The notes under the pieces were generated by a model. It saw only the letters and a list, made by a program, of their open reading frames with translations. It made no database searches and was not told where the DNA came from. A stretch of DNA of 61,341 nucleotides, filler included. It is 12 parts of 12 records of this genome, joined end to end, with 100 filler letters (N's around TTAATTAATTAA, not from the genome) between each part and the next. Parts side by side here need not be neighbours in the genome. Positions count along the whole stretch, not along the records: positions 23,056 to 26,114 come from SRR7504441_1512; positions 26,215 to 30,592 come from SRR7504441_1513; positions 30,693 to 39,843 come from SRR7504441_1515; 9 more parts are not named here. One strand, given 5' to 3'. Below, in pieces: positions 23,056 through 34,208 of the stretch; within the stretch, counting starts at the first letter, position 1; each line of letters starts with the position of its first letter. Position numbers and translations under genes: made by a program.

Positions 23056-24593
23056 GTCGCTGAGATCCGCAACAAGTACGATAAATGGTACGAGGAGGAG
23101 AAAAGGAAGGCCGAACTAGCGAAACAAGAGGATGACGCCGACAACAAGCACCTGCAGGAGGGCGACCGGCTGTTCCAGCTGGGTGCGGTTGACTGGCGGT
23201 TGGGGATTAATGCTCGGGCAGGCAAGGAGACTGAGACGAGGACAAACGAGGAGTCGAACTCTATTTATTTCCAAATCGAGGAGTTTGCCAACGACGCCAT
23301 GGAGAAGTGAGTGCTGGAGCGGACGGGGGGTCTGATGGTGTACTATTTATAGGTCTAGCGGTAGCGACGAGGAGTTTGAGAAGATCTGCGAGGAGGCTCG
23401 GACCATGACAGGCCCGGTCGATCAGGGCTACACTACCTCGACTGACTACTTTGAACAAGCCGTTGGAGAGTACAAGAAGGTCAAGGACAGGAAGAAGAAG
23501 AAGGAGTACGCGCTGCCCAAGATCCAGGCGAGCAGCCGCAGCTGGGCGAGGCTAATGTGAGTCGACAGGAGAGCAACGAATCTATTGAACGTGACGAGAA
23601 CTTGAAGGACAACTTCCACAAAAAGGTAGATTAATTGGAACAATTCGGGAAATTAACGGCCCGGCAGGTCGATCAGCTGCTCGAGGACCTCAAGGAGAAG
23701 TGGAAAGCCAAGAAAACGCTCAACGATGCTCTTGAATTCTATGAAACCAGCGTTGAGACTTGCGACCGCGAGGTGCGCTCGATTAGTTATATGACTAAGG
23801 CTGAGTGCTGTCGCAGGTGCAAGAGATTATCGATAAGACTATTCGGTCGTTTGAGGAGACAAAGTTCGACCGGCAACGGTGATTTAATGAATTAATTCGG
23901 TGAATTAGAGTTAACTGATGGTCGGTGCAGGTACCAGAATAAGGAGGCGGGTCGCGAGGAGGTGATCAAGACAATTGAGGTGATGAAGGAGTGCAAGGAG
24001 AAGTTCCGCGATGCCGAGCCTGAGATGATAGAAGAGGAGGACATCAAGACGTGCCAGGAGAAGGCAGAGGAGTGTGACGCTAAGATGGACACTTGGCTTG
24101 CTATGTATGACGAAGCTGTGGATAATGAGCTCAAGCAGGACAAGTATTGATCCGTTGATAATCTGTGTGCTAATTATAGATCGCGCTGGCAGGTATGTCA
24201 ACTACGAGGAGACGACTGATTTGCTCGACCAGTACCACAAATTCTCTGTCGATATTGAGAACATAGTCTCCCGTCAGGTGATTTTATTTATTTTAATTCA
24301 ATCAATTTGGAGTGGCCTAACCTGCGGACAGGTGGACGAGCAGGGCAATCTGATCCCGCCGACTGACCCTGGTGTCGGCTCCGACTACCAGTCGACCAAG
24401 TCACGACTCGACGAGCTCGCTTCGATGATGAAGGTCGGATGAATTAATTTAAATAAGTGTTAACTGACGGTTGCAGGCGCTTTACGAGAGCGAGTCCGAG
24501 CTGCGGAAGAAGGTGCAGCAGGCGGTGGACGAGAAGTTCGATGAGGAGAATCTTCCGGGACAGCATTGGTACACCCCCAACTACAGCGTGTAA
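23056..24593 (+). CDS. Charged helical protein, about 10 introns of about 40-55 nt, many AT-rich; 5' truncated
   Basis: K/E-rich exons join in frame across GT-AG and GC-AG introns and end ...GQHWYTPNYSV-TAA. Confidence 0.7.
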
Positions 24594-24798
24594 TCGCAAG
24601 GCGTTGGGTCGATGATGGGATGTTTATTTATATCAATTGATAGCTGACGAGTAAAACAACTTATATGACTTGTGCCTATACGATCGTGTACGTGTGACAC
24701 GCCCTAGAGCGCTCTAGATAGATAGAGCTTTCATTCAATGATTTCACGCCTGACGTCACATATTATTAATAGATGAGAGACTAGTACTGAGTGCTCTA

Positions 24799-26085
24799 TC
24801 AAACCGCGGCGCCCCGATCCAAGGGTCGTGCCGGGCGTGCTTTCCTCGCCCACTCCAATGTCGCTCTCTTCAAAGCCGCACCCATCATCAGCAACGTGAC
24901 TTGGCTCGCAGCAGCCTGCGCGTGCGCCAAGAAAGCACGATGCAGCGGCGGCATCCCGGCAGCATTCGCTAGCCGCCACGCTGTCTGTAGCTCCTTCTCC
25001 CTCAAGGCGAGGCCGGCCGAGTGCGCCCAGGCCGAGCAGCAGGCGCGGACCCTGAACAGTTCTATCTCACCCCGCCGTTGCTCGAGTGCGGACATGGCAG
25101 CTGCATGCTTCGCCTGCTTCCACAACATCTGGCCGTGCCACCGGCCCGTCACCGCCTTGGCCGCCCGAACCCGCCACCGCTCCACCGCCTGCGCCATCCC
25201 CTCCCTGGGCTCTTGCAGCCACAGCCTGATCAACCTCGCGAGTCTGGCCGCCTTGGTACTAACCAGATCGGTCCGAGAGTTTGTTGCCCACACTTGACAG
25301 CACCGTCGGCGCCAGAAGTTCCTATACGCGCCCACCATGATGTCCACCAGCACCCGCCGTCGCAGCCGCTGCTCGTTGCCCACCGCCGCCCTGCACGCCC
25401 ACCGTCTCAAGCAGCCCCCACACCCCTCGTTTCGCCTCAGCCCGGCTAGCCCCCGCGCCCTGGCCCGGATCGGGGTTGTCATTCTGCCCCCAACGGCTGG
25501 CGTAACGTCACTCCCAGCGGATGGCGTGGTGTTAGTTCCTACGCTGCAGCTCAGGCCCACAGCCTTGCCCAAAACGGTGTTACTGTTACGCCTCCACACC
25601 CCGAACAGCTCGAGCCGTTGGTACTTTAGCCGGTGGCTCGCCCAACGGTAACGGCTCTGCACCAGCAGCTTCACCGACAGCACCGCCCGGCACTTGCGCG
25701 CCGTGGCCCGCCGGACCGCCGCCCGCGTCCCCTCGCGCGCCCGCCAGCTCCACACGGCCACCGCCCGCCACTTAGCCACATGCAGCGACCGGAACGCCGG
25801 CCGGCCGCCCGAAACTCGCACTCCAGCGCACAGCGTCAGGCAAGCCGTTGCCCGGCCGTTATCTATTAATAGCTGTCCCCGTTTCCAGGCGTCCACCGTC
25901 CGGGCGAGCCGGCGCCGACGGGCGCCCCGGGCGAGCCGGGCGTCGATCCGTTGGAGCTGGCCAGCCCGCTGGCGGTGCCAAGCTTCCCAGAGCTGGTTTA
26001 GCCGTTGGAGCAACGGAAGCCCCGCCCGGGCGTCGAGCAGGTCTCGCTGCAGCCGCCCAAACAGCTGGGGCACCGACCGGCCCAT
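24799..26085 (-). CDS. Arg/Trp-rich helical protein, possibly Sfi1-like repeats
   Basis: 428-aa ORF with recurring W in basic helices (DAWKR, AKWRA, GVWRR, RRWAC, ERWRV, LEWAR). Confidence 0.4.
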   Translation of the reverse strand: MGRSVPQLFGRLQRDLLDARAGLPLLQRLNQLWEAWHRQRAGQLQRIDARLARGARRRRLARTVDAWKRGQLLIDNGRATACLTLCAGVRVSGGRPAFRSLHVAKWRAVAVWSWRAREGTRAAVRRATARKCRAVLSVKLLVQSRYRWASHRLKYQRLELFGVWRRNSNTVLGKAVGLSCSVGTNTTPSAGSDVTPAVGGRMTTPIRARARGLAGLRRNEGCGGCLRRWACRAAVGNEQRLRRRVLVDIMVGAYRNFWRRRCCQVWATNSRTDLVSTKAARLARLIRLWLQEPREGMAQAVERWRVRAAKAVTGRWHGQMLWKQAKHAAAMSALEQRRGEIELFRVRACCSAWAHSAGLALREKELQTAWRLANAAGMPPLHRAFLAHAQAAASQVTLLMMGAALKRATLEWARKARPARPLDRGAAV

Positions 26086-26214
26086 GTGGCGGCCAACGGA
26101 CTTTTACTTGCATCNNNNNNNNNNNNNNNNNNNNNNNNNNNNNNNNNNNNNNNNNNNNTTAATTAATTAANNNNNNNNNNNNNNNNNNNNNNNNNNNNNN
26201 NNNNNNNNNNNNNN

Positions 26215-26624
26215 GAAAGCTGAGGAAGATGCGCAAGATGCAGACGAAGCTTGAGGAGAAGATTAAGCTGAAGAAGAACGATGAACAGGAATATGAATTG
26301 TTGCAGGCCAAGGAGAAGCGGGCAGCTGCTGAGCTCGAGAAAATGCAGAAAGAGCAAGAATTGATCCCAGTCAAACTGAAAGCCAAGCTCAAGCAGCAGC
26401 AGGAAGAGGCCGACGCGAAGCGGAAGGCTGCAGCCGAGCAGTTAAGGATTCAGGAGGCACTAGCAAAGGAGAAAGCGGACGAAGAAGTTGCACAAGCAAA
26501 GGCAAAGGAAGCTGAGGCAGCCGAGGACGCTCGAGCAGCTGCAAAGGCACAAGCTGAGGCCGCTCAACGCGCTAAAGCTATTGAAGCTGAAAATCGAGCT
26601 GCCATGGCTAGCTTCAACCCTTAG
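26215..26624 (+). CDS. C-terminal fragment of a K/E/A-rich coiled-coil protein
   Basis: Open frame from the contig edge to TAG 26624, followed by an AT-rich 3' region. Confidence 0.7.
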
Positions 26625-26846
26625 CCAATGGTGGAATTAAAAGATACTTTTAAGGTACTTTGAGGTATAAATACCTCAAGTCATAGGAGTTCTCGTGTTT
26701 TTTCATGTTTTATTTGTCATTCGGACAATCATTACATGTACATGTAGTTAGACAAATTTGCATAATTCAAACCGGTTCAAACTTTACTACACGATGTCCT
26801 CTACTCATACTTCTCGTAGCATTCATCGGTCTTATTGAAGTCCTAG

Positions 26847-29800
26847 TCAAGGGCCAGATCCGGATCCGCACAGCCGGTCGCGACCTGCCCCAGAGCTGCA
26901 CGGGCTGATAATGATGGGGTCAGTGGCAACGTCCTCTTCGTGGTTTTGCTCGCCTTCCCTATCGAATCGGGGCAGTTGAAATAGCGAGGCTGGTCTGTTT
27001 GTGAGTTTGAACAGAGATTGGAATCGTTGAGCGCCCTCCGACCTCGCTTCCCCAGGCCCTGGCCCTGCACTAGGTACCGCTGGTTGCGTGTGCTGCACTT
27101 GCCTCAGCGCCTCAGGATCAATTACCAACTGCATGGCGGGCCACTCCGAATCCCGGCCATCCAGCCTGAGCTCCTGATGGGTTGCGTGACCCGTTCGTGA
27201 ACATAGAGCCGCCAGACGGCGCCAGAGAGATTCAGTACCGCGTCGGACCTGGCTTAGCCACCAAGATGGCGGGAGAATGTTAATCGCGAGGACTGGAACC
27301 GCCAAGAATAAGGTGACGCACAGGAGATAGATCCACAATGGGTGACTCGCCACCTGCACCAGCCGGTGCTGCTCGGTCGGATTGGGGAGAATAAAGTACG
27401 AATGAATCAGCATCAAAATCATCGCGAGCACCCACCAGACCAGTGTACTTTGACAAAGTCTGTATGTCGTCTCCGGTGAGATGTCGGTGGGGTCGGGCGG
27501 CAGTGGAGCTTTACCAAAAGCAACAGTCAGAATCTTGAGCGTGACTGCATGCGCGATCAGATTGAGGATGCAGAGCACCAGTATGAGCGGTTCGATGCAG
27601 CTGAGGACCACACCAAATGCGACTGAGGCGAGTATCTTGGCGAGGTTCAGGTCAACTGCTGCCGCCTCGTCTTTCTTCCGGAACCGGTCGATGCAACTGT
27701 CGATGAGCGGGTATGCCATTAGGATCTGGAGGCAAGGTGTCAGAAAGATCTGGAAGCACAACTTCAGACCAATCAGCGGCCATAACAATACAATGGTCGA
27801 CCGGGAGCATCGCTCGTAGGAGCGCACTTCGGGCTTGCACACGTCATCGTGATGGAGCAACGTCCAATCAAAGTCGATGTAGGTCAAATCGTATTTCTTT
27901 TGAACATTGAAAGCATCACTGTTATCGCAGCCATTCCAGGTGGTGACCCAGTATGACAGGCAGTTGGTGTCGAAGATGATGATAGTCACAATGGGGACCA
28001 CCAGCTGCGTCAGAAAGATCGCCCACACGATGTTCAGTGCCAGATCAAACGAAGTTGTGTCCTCACGGCTGATCCGGTGCTGGTACCACTGTGCAAGAAA
28101 GGGAATCACGATTCCTGCCCCGCGTTCAGCTGCCCGCCCGCCCGCCAGATCGCACCGTCGATCACAACCAGGAGCAGAGGAGCAAGTAGGCCCGCTACGC
28201 GCAGCAGCTCCCACGGCAAGTTGAGGTTGTTGTCAGGCGGAATCATTCCAGTTATAACATACAGCACAGCAGGTAGCGAAAGGGGACTCACCAACAGCAA
28301 CCATAGTAGCCTCGAAAAGAAACGCCCGATGGACCCTTTTCTTGCCCTCTCGACCTGGCACACTTCTTGAGCCACTCGCTGCCGCTCACGGCTTAGCATA
28401 GTGGAGATTGATTGGCTTTCGAGCCATCTGGTCACAATCACAAGCACGGTGTACCGGTCCTCGTCCGCGAGTCGACCATCTTCGGTGTGCTGGCGTTCGC
28501 GCTGTACGACCATCAGCAGCGAGACCAACCTCTCTCGAGTTCGCAGCACTTCGGTCGCGTCCTGCTCTCGTTCGACAGAGCTCCGGAATATGAGCAAATA
28601 GCTAAAGGCACAAACACCCGCCAGGCTAAGCATGCCAGCTAGCACCACAGCTCCCGTAGACCAGATAGAATCTATTTCCACCAGTGCTACACCGAAACGA
28701 GACATCACAGGACCACCTCCAAGGTAATAATTGGCACAGAGGCCATAAGCGCAGATGAGTAGTATCACCAGAGGCCCCAGGCAGCTTAGCGTGAAGATTG
28801 TCAGCTTGGATAGGTTGAATAGGTGCTCCAGTGTCAGGCCAGACGATTCGTCTTCGTTTGCTTTGTAGCGTCTATAGATGTCCCGACCAAACACAGCAGC
28901 AAAGATGATAACCCCGATCACCAGCGCCACTGGGATCAACAGCTCTGGCCGTAAAATCCAGGTAGGTTGTTGGTACAGCCTCTGCATGTCTGACATCGGC
29001 ATCCAGGCAGGCAGCTCGTCCTCCCTTGCGTTGAATACGTTCCCCATCAGCACCAGGCTGTCTCTCGCCAGCAAACTGGGGGCTTCAGCGTATTCCTCCG
29101 CTTCGTCACTTAATAGCTTGCCGTCGGCTACCAGTTGGTCGAAACCCGGCAAACGGGCCTGTTCCCACCCCTGTGTGTCGATCTGGAGGCTGAGCTGGTT
29201 GTTGAAGGTGACCATGCACTCCAGAATTGGACTCGCTGGGATTGAAAGCTTCCCTTTTAGCCTGTTTTGTTGCAACGTAATGGCCACCGCCCTATACAAA
29301 CCACCCAGATCGGGCAGCGACCCGCTAAGCTGGTTGTTCTGGAGGCTCATCTCCTGTATTTCGTCCGGGAGGGCCGGTATAGTCCCGCTCAGTCTGCTGT
29401 CGCCTAGAATGAGCGCAGTTAGAGAGGTGGCGCCGCTCAGCGTCTGGGGGATCGTGCCGGAGATCTGGGTGTGCGATGCTGTCAAAGCAATTATGTATCC
29501 GTTGAGGTAGTTTGACGGTAGTGTCCCTGAGATCGGGTTATTACTCAATGCAACCAGCGGAATAAGGATCGGATTTGGAACAGACTCATCTCCCGATAAA
29601 TCGCCCGACGTCCGGATCAGAGGCGCCGCGGTCCCCGAGATCCTGCCGGCCGTAAGCACAACCTGCCCAACTTAAAGAAGCACCTGTTGTTGCTGAGCAT
29701 GATGGTAAATAATGAGGCGGGCAGCGCACCAATCGTTCCACTCAGCCGGTTAGTATAAGCGGTGAAGGCTGACAAGAAATCATTGGACTCCATTGATGGG

Positions 29801-30342
29801 ATGGTGCCGCTGAGGAGGTTGTCATGAAGGAGTAGATTGTACAATGCTTGGCCGCTGAACCCCGCCGGGATCGTCCCGGACAGTTTGTTCCCACTCAGGT
29901 AGAGCTCATGCAGGGAATCCGAGCTGTCCGCAAACGCCTCCGGCGGGATCGTGCCGGAGATTGCGTTGTCGTTGAGCAGGATGAGAGCCATCTCGGTGGT
30001 GAACAACTCAGGAGGGAGCGTGCCTCTCAGGTTGTTTTCAGCAAGAACAAGCTCCACGCATTGGTCCAGACAGCCGTACAGAAACCCGGCCCTGTTGACG
30101 ATGGTACCGGCTGCCCAGCAGGTGACCTGGTACCATCCGCTGCACGGGTTGCCGGTGGTCCATCCCGTATTGGCGTTCCATTGTTCCCCCCCGCTGGCCT
30201 CGTACAGAGCGACGAGCCCCGCCGTGGTCGCGGCCGAAAGTGTGCAAGAGGTGCATGACTGTGGCGCCCCTGCCTGAATCAGCCAGGCCAGCACCAGCAG
30301 TCGGGCCCAGGCGCCGCTCGACCACTGCGAGCTCAAATCCAT
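26847..30342 (-). CDS. Plant-type LRR ectodomain fused to a multipass membrane region, 2 introns, no kinase domain
   Basis: Signal peptide; LRRNT cap (W...NPCSGWYQVTC); about 10 LxxNxLSGTIP repeats; then about 10 hydrophobic segments. Two ~41-nt introns join the three ORFs. Confidence 0.85.
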
Positions 30343-30692
30343 GCCCCAACGCACCTGAGGAAAAAATGATAATAGACTATCATAGTCTACCAGGTAGGAA
30401 ATAATATCTGGTCGGCATAGTCAGGCCGAATAGTGAGACTATGAGCTCGAGCTCGAATTTCTTTATTCGTAGGATGAGCTCGCAAGCAAAACAGAATGCC
30501 TAGAAATCCCTCACGTTCCGGGCCGCCTCTGCTGGCCGGATCACAGCCGCACCTCGGGACCGGGTGTGCGCGGTCCGTGGCATTCTCACGGANNNNNNNN
30601 NNNNNNNNNNNNNNNNNNNNNNNNNNNNNNNNNNNNTTAATTAATTAANNNNNNNNNNNNNNNNNNNNNNNNNNNNNNNNNNNNNNNNNNNN

Positions 30693-31088
30693 GTGGCGGG
30701 GGCGCCGCTGGACCTACAGGATGAGAAGGGCTTGACCGCGCTGATGAGGGCTTGCAGGCGTCCGAACGGTCCGATCCCCGTCAGTTCAGTCATCATTCGG
30801 GCTCCCTTTATGGCGCGAGACAGTGGCGAGCAGGAGGGCGACTGGTTCATGCAGAGCTGCGAGCGGACGATCGAGGGGCTGTGCGGGGATGACCCGAGCT
30901 TCAGCGAGGTTGATATCTCGGCCTGCAACAAGGTGCTCACCAAGCAGCAGCTGCTTCGGCTGGCCACCGGGCTGCACACCAACACCCACCTGCGCACCCT
31001 CGGGCTCAAGTGCCTCGGGATCGCCGACCCGGGCGCCACCGCGCTGGCCGGGCTGCTCGGCCGGAACTGCACCCTCCGGACGTGTTAA
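30693..31088 (+). CDS. Fragment with an ankyrin-like repeat and RI-type LRR, 5' truncated
   Basis: LDLQDEKGLTALMRAC; NTHLRTLGL...IADPGATALA. Confidence 0.55.
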   Translation: MAGAPLDLQDEKGLTALMRACRRPNGPIPVSSVIIRAPFMARDSGEQEGDWFMQSCERTIEGLCGDDPSFSEVDISACNKVLTKQQLLRLATGLHTNTHLRTLGLKCLGIADPGATALAGLLGRNCTLRTC

Positions 31089-31197
31089 GTTTTGTTCTCA
31101 AGCCGACAACGACTCCGAGATGAAAGAGCCAAAGACCGGCTACCTTTGGTTATGATATCTCAATCAAATTAAAGCTTCATTAAATTTAATCAAGAGG

Positions 31198-33646
31198 CTA
31201 CGAAAGACTCTGACGAATATTAACCGAGGTACCCTGCACTATATCGCCATCCTCTTGGCAACAGAGCCTCAATGCATCAAACCATGCCTCAATCCGCGAC
31301 TCGCGCGGGCTCTGCTTGGCCTTGTCTTCATCCAAGTACCTGACCGTTGCCGTCAGCGGCATGTCCACGCCCGGGCGCACCTGGCGGCGTCTGCGCAGAT
31401 CTCGGACATGATGTGGTATCCGAGCACTCTATACGCCTCAAACTGCGCCTCGTTAAAAAATTGGTTTGAAGTCGGATCGTTAGGGAATCTCTTGTTATGC
31501 GCTCGCACATTGGACACATCCACCAGCCGCTCCAGTCCAGTCATGCACAGCTTGACCAGTAGAATGTGCCCAAGCTGCGGCTCGAGCCCCGACTCTGGCC
31601 GGGCAGGGTAGTGTATAGTCCCGACAGTGTAGTGCCGCATCGTGTAGCCGGAGCCCGAGCTATCCGGGTGAAGCTTGGACAGATCTAGCGAGATGTGGAT
31701 CCCTGCCGGCCGCTCGCCCCACCTAGGCCGACTCTGCACCTTGAGTGGTCCGAGCCAGCCGGAGCGCGGTGGCCAGGCGATTGAAAAAGTAGCGTGAAGG
31801 CCCGGCCTCTTCTGACGAGGCATCTGACAGGATGATGTACTTGCACCGTCTGTGGAGCAACTCGTGCAGCCCCAAGTCTTCTATGTGCCCGCCGTCGGTC
31901 AGATGCACGTGCGCCGAGTCGCTCGAGGTCATCCCGAGCAGTTCTTTCACAAACAGCGCCGGCCTGCCCCCGCAGTGAACCTTCTACTACAGCCTATGCT
32001 AGATGGCGGCACCCAAAGTAGTGCCGAGCGAGAGAGTTGTACAGCCGCCGCCACCAGCGCCGGCCTGGGGCTGCTCGTTGCATCTGCCGGACGAACCTCG
32101 GGTTGAGGCACCAGTACCCCATCCGCACGTTGCACAGCGCCATCAGGAATTCGACCAGCCGCTGCCGGCCGTGCATCAGCGCTTGCCCTAATGCGGCGCC
32201 CGATATGCCGGTGGCGGTGGCCAGGTCCAGATCGGGCTGGGCGGCTTCCATCGCGTCGGTATCGGTGAAGCCTAGCCGCTGGCTGCCTATGTAAAGCTTG
32301 CTGAACGAGAAAAAGTCGGCTGTCCGATCTATAAGTGAGCCGTCGCTTCGGCCGGTCTGGAGGTCGACCGCCGCGTTGATGATATAGAACGGAGCGTGGC
32401 TCTGGCGAGTGTTGAGCTGGGACAGTTTAAGCTCAGGCCCGGCCTGCAGGTAGGCCTGGCTCAGCCGGCGGCGGTAAATTCCGTTGAGCGACATCTCGTT
32501 TACGTTGAGGCACAGCTCCATGCAGACGTACCAGCCGGCTGAGGCGAGTACCAGTGTGAGCAGCTGGTAGTCTGGGTCCGAGATGGCTACCCGGTGCCCG
32601 AACAGCCAGTTCTCCATGCAGTACGAGGCCACCTGCAGGATGAAGACCAGCCCGACCGCCCCGCACCCGGCCAGCAGCTGGGCGAGCACCCCTAGCCCTG
32701 CCCTGCTGTTCGCCAGCCCTATCGCAGTGGCCGAACACCCGACCACTAGCGGCACTGCAATGGCCGCGTACACCCCGGCGTGCAGCTCCTGCCGGATGCA
32801 GAGCGCCTGGATGGCGTCCATGCTCTCGATTGTGGCCGCCACCATACAGCCAAGCCCGAGAGCCCTCCAGAGCTCCCAACCGTATCCTAGCGCGTTCTTG
32901 AGCCGCGAACACTTGCGCAGGTTGGCCGACATGCCCACCAGCAGCACCGTCACCGCCATTAGGCTGAGCATCAGCAGAGTGACTGCGTACACCTGCGCCA
33001 GGCTCGAGCTGCACTCACCACTCAGGCTGGCGGTGTAGCAGTCGCGCCCTGCGATCCCGCGGGCGACCTGGTGCTTGAGCCAGACCACAAACAGCATCGC
33101 CTTGATCAGCAGCACCGCCAGAGGGAACACGGTGAGCACGATCATCAACGAGCCGGTGAACCAGGCGAAGAGAACCGCCCCCACCGAGTGCGGCCGGCCG
33201 TGCATTCGCAGGTGCCGCACCGCTGGGTCCTCAGGCACCGCGAGCTGGAACGGTAGGCGCGGGCTCTCCTCGAGCAGGCTGGCCAGGCAGCTGCCGATGT
33301 AGCTCCCTCCCGAAACAGTTGACACGTAATCCACCTCTCGGAACAGCGCCCAGCCGGCCCGCTCCTGGGTTGTCGCCTGAAGCAGCCCCAGATTGAAAGT
33401 GGCCGACCGGATCCCGCCGCCCGACAGCGCCAGCCCAGTCAGCCCGAGCTCGGCCGACGGCAGCTGGGGCAGCCCGAGCTGCCGCTCCAGCCGGTCGGCC
33501 ACCGGGTCCGGGTCGAAGGCCCCCCGCCTGCGGGCGAGCACCTCTGCCAGCTCGGCCGGGAAAACCTTCTCCGGGAAATGGTGGGCCACACCGAGGTCGG
33601 CCCCCTCCGGGGTCACCCGCGACTGCGGCAGGCCCTCGTCCACCAT
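31198..33646 (-). CDS. Patatin/cPLA2-like phospholipase with a multi-TM insertion, 3 introns
   Basis: GLALSGGGIRSA, STVSGGSY (nucleophile Ser), LTDGGHIEDLG (catalytic Asp), QFFNEAQFEAYRVLG. Confidence 0.85.
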
Positions 33647-33740
33647 CAGCGACTCGCGACCAGCGAGCCGCGCTGCATCCCGGTGCTGCAGCTTCAGTTC
33701 AGTTTGCCGTTGGTGAACGAAGCTGCCACACGCGAGCGCG

Positions 33741-33950
33741 ATGGCGTCAAGTACGATCCTAGCATTGCTCTGCCTGCTACTGGCGGTGACCCCCGTGGCG
33801 GCGATGGCCGACGCCGGGAACGTGATCGCCATCCTGTTGATCGTCACCCTCGGGCTCTCCGGGCTCTGCGCGTGCATCGGCTGGTACGCCCGCAAGCAAG
33901 GAGGGGGCAGTGCGCCGACCGGATCCGAACGCACCCCGATCGCCACTTAG
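33741..33950 (+). CDS. SMIM30: SMIM30-like small membrane protein, 69 aa
   Basis: Signal peptide plus one TM. DAGNVIAILL...GLCACIGWYARK closely matches animal SMIM30 as recalled (EAGDAIALLL...GICACLGVYARK). Confidence 0.75.
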   Translation: MASSTILALLCLLLAVTPVAAMADAGNVIAILLIVTLGLSGLCACIGWYARKQGGGSAPTGSERTPIAT

Positions 33951-34208
33951 CTGCCCGGCGCACCGGGCCCGCACGGCCCGAATAAACCCCATGATAGACA
34001 CAGACTAACCTCCACCCCCCCACGGCCGACCCGACTCTGGTACAGACAAGGCGCTCGTGCCCGTCTTCCGAAGAGGGGGAGGGGGGGGAGGGGGGCAGCG
34101 TATGGTTGCGCGGTGGCTGCCCAGTCGCTGGCGGTCGCCGGGCCACGATGAGTCGGCTTTAATCCAGCCTCTTAGTTAAGGCGCCCGCACTAGAACGACG
34201 CGTGTTAG

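Noticed and set aside
33647-33946. N-terminal extension of the patatin ORF
   Set aside because: It overlaps the SMIM30-like gene on the other strand; ATG 33646 fits the short bidirectional promoter pattern better.
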